From Candidatus Obscuribacterales bacterium (GTDB lineage: Bacteria > Cyanobacteriota > Vampirovibrionia > Obscuribacterales > Obscuribacteraceae), in NCBI GenBank assembly GCA_965228855.1, contig CBDDIJ010000002.1, positions 1,472,001 through 1,536,000 of the forward strand: a DNA stretch of 64,000 bases. Direction: 5' to 3'. The position numbers were made by a program, and so were the translations under genes. How positions within the stretch are numbered: position 1 is the stretch's first letter; each line of letters begins with the position of its first letter. The notes under the pieces were generated by a model. The model had not been told where the DNA came from, ran no database searches, and saw nothing but the letters and a program-made list of their open reading frames with translations. Positions 19,598-28,334 of the stretch are shown here, piece after piece.

Positions 19598-22500
19598 ATG
19601 AAGCCGGTCTCTAGTAACAAGAAAATCCTTTCGCTCTCCTCTGTGCAGGAAGCAAGCAGCGAGCCTGTTTACAGACGAGGAGTGCAATACTACCGTCGCA
19701 AAAAGGTTCTCAAATACGAAGAGAGTGAGGACGGTGGCACCGTAGTCGCTCTCGTAATCGGCTCTGAGCCCCAGCCCTACAGGGTCGAAGTCACAATCGA
19801 CGATGACCACAATTTTGTAGCGACCTGTTCGTGTCCTTATTTCGAAGAGGTCTGCAAGCATTCGGTTGCTGTTCTCCTGACAAACATCGCCCGCACTCAA
19901 CCTGGTGTTCGGTTCGATCTTCAAGATTCGGAGCGCAGAAACGGACCTCAGGAAAAGGTTCCAAAAGCCAAAGACTTTTTGGATGACCCGCTTGAAGAGG
20001 GTGTAACTCCGGATGCAAACAAAGATTTTGAAATCGGCATTCTGGTTCTGGAAAAACCGCTCGCGCTCATTCTTGGCGTATTGCCGGACGAGGTGAAGGG
20101 TAAGGTCAACATCCTCAAAGTTCCTCCACAGATTCTAGACACGATGGAGCCGGAATCGCGCGTCTGGAAGATGACCAAGTATTTGACGTCGCTGCCACAG
20201 ACAACCAAAGGAACAGCAGGTGGTCACCGCATTCCCCGGTTCGATGAGGGCACGGTGATCGGACATTTGAGCCTCTGTGCGAAGGTGATCAATGCAACCG
20301 ATGGTCAGGAGATAAAGTTCTCACAACAAGCCCTGACACCGCAGGCGGTGCTTTCTGAAACGGAGAACGGCGAGCTCTGTTTTAAACTTGAGGGACTGGA
20401 TGCCGATGGCAACCTGGTTTCCAACCCGGTTTTCTTTATGGGACCGCAAAGCTGGATTCTCGCCAACAACGTTTTCTATCCGATTGAACTTGGGGCACTT
20501 CATAAACTGTTCCAGTATTTCGACAGCTATGGCGAGATGACAATCAAGCTCGAACTCGTTCCAAAATTCCTGAGCGAGCTGCCGGTTCTGCGCAAGCGCA
20601 TGCAAGTTCGTCTTGATGAAACATCCGCGCCGTTCCCGATCGCTATAACCGAGCCACCAAAAGTGGTGATTGGTTTGAACGAGAAGAAGGGTGCGGCAGT
20701 GATGAATGCTGATAACGAGTCAGCTCTGGAAGTAGCTCTCGGGTTCGGCTACGGCGACCTGGTGCTGCCGTCTCGGGATGAGACCAGTGCGGTTGAATCA
20801 GAGAAATATACGCGTACCGTGTCTGACACCGGACAGAGCGTATGGGTGAAGCGTCTCTGGGAAGAAGAAAGTCAGGTACGTCTGTTCCTGACAAACCTGC
20901 AGCCCGCTCGGTCTGTCGTGGATAGATTCTTCTTCGAGGCTGAGCCGGCGCTCGAGACGCTGTTCTATTTATCGTCGGAACAGTGCAGCGATTGGGAAGT
21001 GGCAGGTTGGGAGAATCTAAAAAAATACCGAGTTCGCCGCCAGCCGTTAAACGTGAAAGCATACCTTTCGCTCAAGAAAGACTCATTCAAATTCGATTGC
21101 GATTTGCGTTGCACGTCAGATGGCGAGCCGGTCGAGTTAGAACGCGTGTTGCCGTGTCTCTTCCGCAATAAGACATTTTTGGAATTGCCGAGTGGCGAAT
21201 ACGTCAGAATTCCGACTGCGACCCTACTTGGTCTGCTCAAAGCAATCGGTCAGGGCGCCGATAGCGCAAGACCGCTATATCAGGCACTCGCAGTCCTCCA
21301 TGCGCTTGACACACATGAGATTGAAGTCGAGTGCGATGAAGGCTTCGATAACTTCATACACAAGATTCACCACTTCCAGGAATTGGAACCGATCAATATT
21401 CCGGCCGAGTTCAAAGGCGAGCTTCGGATTTACCAGAAAGAAGGCGTCAACTGGCTTGGATTCCTGCGTGAATACGGTCTATCCGGAATTCTCGCCGACG
21501 ACATGGGTCTCGGTAAAACTATTCAAGCGCTCGCTCTGCTACTGAGTCATTATAAGAACGGTGGGAAAAACGCAAATCGCGCGCCATCGCTCGTGGTGGC
21601 ACCGACTTCGGTCGTTTACAACTGGAAGAGTGAAGCCAAAAAGTTTGCGCCTGGATTGAAAACCGCTCTGTTCCTGGGTCGCGATAGGAACGAAATCCTC
21701 GCCAAGCTCCTTAAGGAAAATGCGAAGGATAAACCGGATGTGGTCTTCACTACCTACGGTATCATTCGTCGCGACTGGGAAGAGTTGAAGAAAGTTCAAT
21801 TCGAATTCTTGATCCTCGACGAAGCGCAAAACATCAAGAACCCCGAGTCGGTCGGCGCGACGGCTGCGAAGAGTTTGAACGCGTTTCACCGCCTCGCTCT
21901 ATCCGGTACCCCTGTGGAGAACCGGCTGAAAGAACTCTGGTCTCTGTTCGATTTCCTGATGCCCGATTTCCTCGGACAGTACAAGGATTTCAACGATACT
22001 TTCGAGCGACCGATCGAGTTGGGCGTAGATGGCGCCGGTCAGAAGCTCCGAAAAATTGTTCATCCATTTATCCTTCGCCGACTCAAGAGTCAAGTCGAGG
22101 CGGATCTGCCGGAAAGAACCGACATCATCCACCTCTGCGAATTCGACGACGAGCAACGTTCGCTTTACCTCGATGTGCTTGATGAGTGTCGCGCTAAAGT
22201 TTTCAACGAGATCAAGAGCCGTGGTATCAAACGCTCGCAGATTTCGGTGCTCGCCGCTCTGCTGCGCTTGAGACAAGTTTGTTGCGATCCCCGTCTGCTC
22301 AAGAACCGCGAAGATCCCACCAAGATTGCGTCTGCGAAGCTCGAGACGCTGATGCATATGCTTGAAGAAATCATCGATGAAGGTCACAAAATTCTTGTGT
22401 TCAGTCAATTCGTTGAGATGCTCACTCTCGTTCGTCGCGAGTTTGAAGCGAAGGGTATCGTCTACGAATATATTGATGGTCAGACGCCTGCGAAAGAACG

Positions 22501-22846
22501 TCTCGATCGCGTCAACAAATTCAACGCTGACGAAAACATTCCGGTGTTCCTGATCAGCTTGAAGGCGGGCGGCACCGGTTTGAACCTGACCGGAGCCGAT
22601 TACGTTATACACTACGATCCGTGGTGGAACCCGGCGGTAGAAAACCAGGCAACGGACCGGGCTCACCGTATCGGTCAAAAGCGCCATGTGTTCAATTACA
22701 AACTGATCACGCGCGGCACGGTCGAAGAAAAAATACTCGGACTGCAACAGAAGAAGAAGGAACTTGCCGAGCTCGTCATCGGTGGAGACGAAAATGTGGC
22801 TAAGGAGCTGACACAGGAAGATCTTGAATTCCTGTTCTCGTTCTAA
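19598..22846 (+). CDS. SWIM zinc finger-SNF2 family helicase/ATPase
   Basis: SWIM 'CSCP...CKH', 'LADDMGLGKT', 'DEAQ', 'SGTPVEN', 'GGTGLNL' and 'QATDRAHRIGQ'. Confidence 0.95.
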   Translation: MKPVSSNKKILSLSSVQEASSEPVYRRGVQYYRRKKVLKYEESEDGGTVVALVIGSEPQPYRVEVTIDDDHNFVATCSCPYFEEVCKHSVAVLLTNIARTQPGVRFDLQDSERRNGPQEKVPKAKDFLDDPLEEGVTPDANKDFEIGILVLEKPLALILGVLPDEVKGKVNILKVPPQILDTMEPESRVWKMTKYLTSLPQTTKGTAGGHRIPRFDEGTVIGHLSLCAKVINATDGQEIKFSQQALTPQAVLSETENGELCFKLEGLDADGNLVSNPVFFMGPQSWILANNVFYPIELGALHKLFQYFDSYGEMTIKLELVPKFLSELPVLRKRMQVRLDETSAPFPIAITEPPKVVIGLNEKKGAAVMNADNESALEVALGFGYGDLVLPSRDETSAVESEKYTRTVSDTGQSVWVKRLWEEESQVRLFLTNLQPARSVVDRFFFEAEPALETLFYLSSEQCSDWEVAGWENLKKYRVRRQPLNVKAYLSLKKDSFKFDCDLRCTSDGEPVELERVLPCLFRNKTFLELPSGEYVRIPTATLLGLLKAIGQGADSARPLYQALAVLHALDTHEIEVECDEGFDNFIHKIHHFQELEPINIPAEFKGELRIYQKEGVNWLGFLREYGLSGILADDMGLGKTIQALALLLSHYKNGGKNANRAPSLVVAPTSVVYNWKSEAKKFAPGLKTALFLGRDRNEILAKLLKENAKDKPDVVFTTYGIIRRDWEELKKVQFEFLILDEAQNIKNPESVGATAAKSLNAFHRLALSGTPVENRLKELWSLFDFLMPDFLGQYKDFNDTFERPIELGVDGAGQKLRKIVHPFILRRLKSQVEADLPERTDIIHLCEFDDEQRSLYLDVLDECRAKVFNEIKSRGIKRSQISVLAALLRLRQVCCDPRLLKNREDPTKIASAKLETLMHMLEEIIDEGHKILVFSQFVEMLTLVRREFEAKGIVYEYIDGQTPAKERLDRVNKFNADENIPVFLISLKAGGTGLNLTGADYVIHYDPWWNPAVENQATDRAHRIGQKRHVFNYKLITRGTVEEKILGLQQKKKELAELVIGGDENVAKELTQEDLEFLFSF

Positions 22847-25043
22847 CTGTTTCCTCAACTAAAACAGTCGCATCGATCTCTTGCCACAGTTTCTTATAGT
22901 CAATCACGAGTGCCAGCCAGAGTGCGAGTTCACTGCGCGTGACTTGCTCGTTCGGTGCGGACTCGACGCGCTCCGGCGATAGAACTTCGATGAAAACATT
23001 GCGGTGATGAGGTAGGCGCAAGAGTGAATTCTTCGCTGCATTCGACAGCTCTTCGATGGTCAGGTTTGCATCCGGTCGCACGTTGCCACCCCTGTCGGTT
23101 TCAAGAATGTTCTTGGAGGCACAAAAGGATAGAGCCTCATAGTCCGCGTCTTCTGCCGCGACATCGGAGAGTGTAAACTTCGAGTATTTAGTTTTGGAAT
23201 GCAAGGCTCGAATGATTGTGGCGACTTCGCGTCTGGTAATCGGGTGGTCCGGATTGAAACTGAGATGTTCCGGATGCCCTGGCATGATGCCGGATACGGC
23301 AAGCAATTGAATCTCCATAAACTGCTCGTGCCAGGTCGGCACATCATCGTACCAATATAGCGGAGAGCCTGATTCAATCAGTGTTTTTTGCAAGGAAAAC
23401 AGCAGCGATTTGTCTTCGAGAAATTTCCTGATTGGTTTGCCTCTGCTGATTGCTAGTCTTGCAAGGGCACCACAAGCGGTGCCAATAGCCCACTCGATCG
23501 GATGCAATCGGTAGGCGCCGTTTGCGATGTGACTTACTCCTATGTTTTTACAACCAGCGAGCAGGTTTTCGCAGTCCCTTGGAATCAGCGCTCCCAGCGG
23601 GATTTGAAACGGCTTGGTTCCTTGTGCGGCGCCGGCAATCTGTTTCCCATGTATATCGATAGGGTAAAGCCCAATGCCGATTGTGTCTTTAAAACGATGA
23701 GCGCGCGCACCCGGATTGAATGATTTGCCAACGTGCATTTCCGTGACCAGCGTCTCAGCCTTGATGCGCCTTGATTCACGGATGTACGGATATTTTGATA
23801 AACCGTCTTTTGTTCCCAACGTGTCAAGGCGAAGCCTGAAGTCCGGATATCCTTTGCCATCGTCATCATCGCGCGGAGCTTCGGTTTTCAACCAGTGAAG
23901 GAAACACAGGCTCTGACTTTTGGCTCTAGCCAGGCGTTTCGCCAGAGTCTCCGGATCTTGGTCGATGATATTTTCTCCGCGGAAATCATTCGCTTCCCAG
24001 TTGATCATCGAAATGTCGTTTGGAAATCGCGAATCGAAAAAGTTCTCCGCAGCGATCAGGCGGCGATACGTCCAGAAGGGAAGAAGCTCTTGCTCTGTGC
24101 CGTCGGTGAGTGTCTTCTTCGCGTTGACGTACATTTTGTAGCCGAGCAGAGACAGTTTTCCTTGTGAGTTGAATTCGTCATACTCGGCCGGCACAGGTAG
24201 TTTTTCTGGTGCGCCCGTAGACTTATCTGATAGAACGAATGGGTAGACGATGTCCTGTACCGTGTCAGGCTCCGCAGTTTCGGGAGCGTGCTCTTCACCT
24301 GTTTCAGATCTTGATTCAGCACCCGAACTGTACGGCAAATTTGCAAGTGGAAGGAGGTCACCAAGTTCGGTGGCATCTATACAGAGGTCGGGAAGGAATT
24401 CAATTGATTCGCCTGTGTCGAGATTGACCATCAATACCGACTTTATGCGAGATCTTCCATTTGAAGGTATCGTGTTGACGGCGAGCGTTTTTAACCTGTA
24501 GTGAATGTTTAAGCTGCCGGCTTCAATAGCTGGTTGAAGCATATGCTCGATTTGTTCGATGGCTACCTTGGGTTCGAAAGCGAGCCTGCTGACCCAGCAT
24601 TTGCCCGGATCGAAGTACTGCAGGTTTCCGACTTTCGAGTTCAATTTGTAATTTCTGATGTAGTGACGACGTATCAGGCTGCGTAGCCGCTGATATTCGC
24701 TGGTTGCGCCGGATGACTCTACGAGCCAGTTCTCATCGAAAGCCGAGACCCCCTGGCTGGTCGCCTGACCGCCAGGCCAATCGGTTTCTTCGGTGAGGAC
24801 AACCTTGAGCTTCTTGCGTTTTGATTTGCCAATCGTTGCATCGTCCGGAAGCAAGGTTGGAAAAACAGAGTGCAGCGCTGTTGCAATGCCTCCCAGACCA
24901 CCGCCGACAATGAGGATGTCGCAATGCTCTGTGCGCGTCGGTTTCTCTATCGTGAAGGTCTTAACAGCGTCAAGTGGTGACTGGTGATTGACGGACTGGA
25001 CATCGACAACTTTGTAAGTCTGCATAAATGACACCTGAACCAC
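22800..25043 (-). CDS. FAD-dependent oxidoreductase with C-terminal SLH-like domains
   Basis: 'IVGGGLGG', 'IDATELGDLL' and 'PYIRESRRI'; SLH-like 'GIMPG...FNPDHPITRRE'. Convergent 47-bp overlap with the SNF2 gene. Confidence 0.85.
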   Translation of the reverse strand: MVQVSFMQTYKVVDVQSVNHQSPLDAVKTFTIEKPTRTEHCDILIVGGGLGGIATALHSVFPTLLPDDATIGKSKRKKLKVVLTEETDWPGGQATSQGVSAFDENWLVESSGATSEYQRLRSLIRRHYIRNYKLNSKVGNLQYFDPGKCWVSRLAFEPKVAIEQIEHMLQPAIEAGSLNIHYRLKTLAVNTIPSNGRSRIKSVLMVNLDTGESIEFLPDLCIDATELGDLLPLANLPYSSGAESRSETGEEHAPETAEPDTVQDIVYPFVLSDKSTGAPEKLPVPAEYDEFNSQGKLSLLGYKMYVNAKKTLTDGTEQELLPFWTYRRLIAAENFFDSRFPNDISMINWEANDFRGENIIDQDPETLAKRLARAKSQSLCFLHWLKTEAPRDDDDGKGYPDFRLRLDTLGTKDGLSKYPYIRESRRIKAETLVTEMHVGKSFNPGARAHRFKDTIGIGLYPIDIHGKQIAGAAQGTKPFQIPLGALIPRDCENLLAGCKNIGVSHIANGAYRLHPIEWAIGTACGALARLAISRGKPIRKFLEDKSLLFSLQKTLIESGSPLYWYDDVPTWHEQFMEIQLLAVSGIMPGHPEHLSFNPDHPITRREVATIIRALHSKTKYSKFTLSDVAAEDADYEALSFCASKNILETDRGGNVRPDANLTIEELSNAAKNSLLRLPHHRNVFIEVLSPERVESAPNEQVTRSELALWLALVIDYKKLWQEIDATVLVEETVRTRTGIQDLPVSAP

Positions 25044-25153
25044 TTAGTGCATCCAACTATAGCGAAGTTTCGGGCGGTTCTGTCTCTTGAGTTCTCGATG
25101 TTTTAAAATAGAGACCGAAAAAATTGTAGACTTAGGCGTGGTAACGCCGAGGA

Positions 25154-25729
25154 ATGGACATGATTGAAACCAAGGAACCCGCCGTGTTTTCGGATGAAGT
25201 GCTGAAGCGCGCTTCCAAAATCAAAGTTTTGCTGATGGATGTCGACGGCGTCCTGACCGATGGGCGGCTGTATTATTTGAAGGACCATGAGGACAAAGCG
25301 GCGGAACTTAAAGCTTTCAATTCGCATGACGGCCTAGGGCTGCATTTCCTCAATTTTGCCGGAATTAAGACCGGTGTGATAAGCGGCCGAATTTCGTTTG
25401 CGACTGAGGAGCGGGCTCGCATATTGAAGATGAGTTACGTATATCAGGGTCACCTCGAAAAGATTCCGCTGTTCGAGGAAGTGCTCGCCAAAGAAGGAAT
25501 CAAAGCTGATGAGGCGGCATTTGTCGGTGACGACTTCACTGACGTTCCGCTAATGCAGAGAAGTGGACTTGGGTGTGCGGTCGCAGACGCGCGCTCTGAG
25601 GTGCGGGAGCGTGCTCATTTTGTCAGCTCTAAACCAGGTGGCAGAGGCGCGGTCCGTGAAATCGCCGAGTTGATTCTGAAGTCCCAGGGACAGTGGGAAA
25701 AAATTCTCGCGAAGTACGAGATGGTCTAA
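25154..25729 (+). CDS. kdsC: KDO-8-phosphate phosphatase (HAD family)
   Basis: 'MDVDGVLTDG', 'DGLG', 'GDDFTD' and 'GGRGAVRE'. Confidence 0.9.
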   Translation: MDMIETKEPAVFSDEVLKRASKIKVLLMDVDGVLTDGRLYYLKDHEDKAAELKAFNSHDGLGLHFLNFAGIKTGVISGRISFATEERARILKMSYVYQGHLEKIPLFEEVLAKEGIKADEAAFVGDDFTDVPLMQRSGLGCAVADARSEVRERAHFVSSKPGGRGAVREIAELILKSQGQWEKILAKYEMV

Positions 25730-25792
25730 TGTTCACGTTGTAAAACGATGCGCGCGGTATAAGCTATCGCGCGTTTTCGTTCTAAACTCGTT

Positions 25793-26383
25793 CTATTGCT
25801 TCGGCGCCTTGGTTTTGTTCACCATCAATTTTGTGACGGCTTTCAGCGTGGCAAACACGCCATAGCCTTCGATGGCGATTGCTTCAAAAGCGGGAACACC
25901 AGCGGTATTCAGCACACGATCGAGACGCTCGACAGGCATTGCGTCTGCCAGGTCGCGCTTGTTGTACTGGAGAACCCAGGGAATTTCGTCGAGCACTAAT
26001 TTGTTGTACTTCAAATTCTCGCGCATGTTTTTCATGGACTCTTCGTTTGCTTCGGCGCGCATTCGGCTTGAGTCTGCGACAAAAACAATTCCGTCGGCTC
26101 CTCGCAATATTTGCTTGCGGCTTCGATCGTATTCTTCCTGACCAGGAACGGTGTAGATCGCGATTCTCAGTTTAAAACCTGCAACAAGATCGAGCTCGAT
26201 CGGCATGAAATCAAAGAAGAGGGTACGTTCGGTTTCAGTCGCAAGTGATACCATCTCGCCACGGCAAGTCGGATTGATTTGCGCGTGAATGTATTTCAAG
26301 TTCGTAGTTTTGCCACCAAGTCCGGTGCCGTAATAAACGAGCTTGTAAGTTATTTCTCTTTTGGCGTAATTGATAAGGGGCAT
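25793..26383 (-). CDS. mglA: MglA-family small Ras-like GTPase
   Basis: 'KLVYYGTGLGGKTTNL', 'TETERTLFFDF', 'TVPGQ', 'GADGIVFVADS' and 'QYNKRD'. Confidence 0.92.
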   Translation of the reverse strand: MPLINYAKREITYKLVYYGTGLGGKTTNLKYIHAQINPTCRGEMVSLATETERTLFFDFMPIELDLVAGFKLRIAIYTVPGQEEYDRSRKQILRGADGIVFVADSSRMRAEANEESMKNMRENLKYNKLVLDEIPWVLQYNKRDLADAMPVERLDRVLNTAGVPAFEAIAIEGYGVFATLKAVTKLMVNKTKAPKQ

Positions 26384-26479
26384 GTCAAATGGTTCTGTGC
26401 GTGAGCCTTATATATTTAACACTCTCTACGCGCAAGCTGATCACTGAAAGCCACCGTAGATTGAAAAAACTTTTGAGAC

Positions 26480-28075
26480 CTAGAGTCCTTGTATGTTCTG
26501 GTAGAGTATCACAGGGGATGCCGAGGATTCAGCATGCTTCTTCGCCTCAGAGGCGGCTGATAGGAGCTGACCCATAGTTTTGCAGTTCTCCGGAATTCCA
26601 GCGATTCCGAAACACATGACAACGTTCTGCGCGGCTGGAAGTTGTGCAAGGGACTCCTGAACTTTTTGTGCAAACACCGCCGCCGAACGTGTTCCTGTGT
26701 TGGGCAGCACCACTCCGTAGTCAAACATCTGGAAGTGTCCGATCATGTCGATTGGTCGCTTGAGCGAATGAATGACGGACATTATCTCCTTGACTGCCGA
26801 AAGATCGGCTGCATTACCGTCGCTCTTGCGACGGATGCTGAAGACGACTACTGAAAGCGGCATTCCGCAGAGTTCGTAGCGGAAACATTCCTGGGCGACA
26901 AAATACTGGAAGGCTGGATAGGTGAGCACGCCTGTCTCGGGTCGCATGCAAGGTTTTAAAACCTGTTCGAGGGTTTTGATGTCGACCTGGGCGTCTAGGA
27001 GTTGGGTCTGTTTTCTTTGCTGGGGCGGCTTGTCTGAAACGCCAAGCAAATTGAGCGTAACCAGATTGAAGATGATCGGGACCCATTCGGAACGTTTCAA
27101 AGGCTTGCTGCGCAAGAGATCGAGGAGAGTTTTGTAATCGCCGACCTCGCGGTAGATCTGGCGCTGCAGCATTTCGTCTACCGGAGCGCCTCCTGAGACA
27201 ATCTGAGTGAACTCTTCGAGCGTCAAGTTGGGATTGCGCGTGATCAGATAAGCGTCTCCCGTTAGCCCTTGCTGGTCGAGGTAAGTGCTCTGGTCGACGA
27301 GCGTAACGGCTTCCATTATCAGTCCGTCGAGGCGCCTATTGATGCTGCGTTCTACGGTGCGCTCGTCAGGTATGAAACGGAATTTGCCGACGTTAAGCGT
27401 GATCATGTCGAGAATTACATCTGCACCAGTATCCACCCCGTCGGATGCATGCACGGGTTCGCCTTCGTCGAAGTAAACGTCGACTCCCCGACCCTCGCTG
27501 CGAACCGCGAGTCGACCGGTCATCTGCCCCATCTGAATTGATTGCAGAACAGTCGGCAGCTGAACTTTGGCTATGTCACCCTGAAGCACAGCCTCTGCTT
27601 CATTCTCCGATTCCTGCTGGAGCTTGAAGGAACGCGTCGAGCCCTTCGTGGTTGCGGTGCTATCCTCCGTGGTCACTCCGAGCGTTATGGACGAACCGCC
27701 GCTGAGTCCGCCATTGGAGGTTGAATTCGCTGAGATGTCGCCTGTGCTCTCCGCGAAGATGAGATTATGAATGAGCCCTGTGTCGATCGTCCTGTGCTGC
27801 CACAAAGTCGACGTGTCCATCATGTTGCTTGCCGAAAGCGTCCAGCAAGGGTCGCCCGTGTCGTCGCAGGATACTCGCAAATTCAAAAGCCTGTCCTGTC
27901 CTTCCACCGACCAGTACTGCTCGATCACGCGCCCCTGGTCTTTGTTTGCCATGCTGAGCATGGAAATCACGTTTTCCAGGGTTGGAACGACCCAGAGCTG
28001 CGGCAGCTTCAGGGACGAGGTGCTCTGGGATCGTCTGGAGGCGGAGAGCTCTTTGTGTTGGTTCGATCTGAACAT
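26480..28075 (-). CDS. DUF4388 (PATAN-like) domain plus degenerate GGDEF-like domain protein
   Basis: 'LQGDIAKVQLPTVLQSIQMGQMTGRLAV...VYFDEGEPVHA' is DUF4388-like. 'PETGVLT' and 'RPIDMIGHFQMFDYGVVLPNT' give a GGDEF fold with RxxD and a degenerate active site. Confidence 0.75.
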   Translation of the reverse strand: MFRSNQHKELSASRRSQSTSSLKLPQLWVVPTLENVISMLSMANKDQGRVIEQYWSVEGQDRLLNLRVSCDDTGDPCWTLSASNMMDTSTLWQHRTIDTGLIHNLIFAESTGDISANSTSNGGLSGGSSITLGVTTEDSTATTKGSTRSFKLQQESENEAEAVLQGDIAKVQLPTVLQSIQMGQMTGRLAVRSEGRGVDVYFDEGEPVHASDGVDTGADVILDMITLNVGKFRFIPDERTVERSINRRLDGLIMEAVTLVDQSTYLDQQGLTGDAYLITRNPNLTLEEFTQIVSGGAPVDEMLQRQIYREVGDYKTLLDLLRSKPLKRSEWVPIIFNLVTLNLLGVSDKPPQQRKQTQLLDAQVDIKTLEQVLKPCMRPETGVLTYPAFQYFVAQECFRYELCGMPLSVVVFSIRRKSDGNAADLSAVKEIMSVIHSLKRPIDMIGHFQMFDYGVVLPNTGTRSAAVFAQKVQESLAQLPAAQNVVMCFGIAGIPENCKTMGQLLSAASEAKKHAESSASPVILYQNIQGL

Positions 28076-28334
28076 CTAGGCTGGCTTTTCCTTGCTATGA
28101 GCCCATCAAACGTTCCAAAAGCGTACTAGATGGAACCGACTGCAGAGAGACTCGGTAAGTTCTGGTAAGGAGACTACAGTTATGTACCACTAATGGCCCT
28201 CAGGCCTATCAACTTAGAAGAACTATTCCCGTAACATTTGAGATCACAACTGCCGGACCGTCTACTGACCGAAGACAGTCCACCACATGACCAGTCGAAT
28301 TTTTCGGCGTTCTCATGAGCAGGCTGTCGATTGG

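Noticed and set aside
19598..22846. SNF2 helicase as part of a defence island
   Set aside because: Ordinary SWIM-SNF2 architecture with no methylase, nuclease or other defence neighbours.
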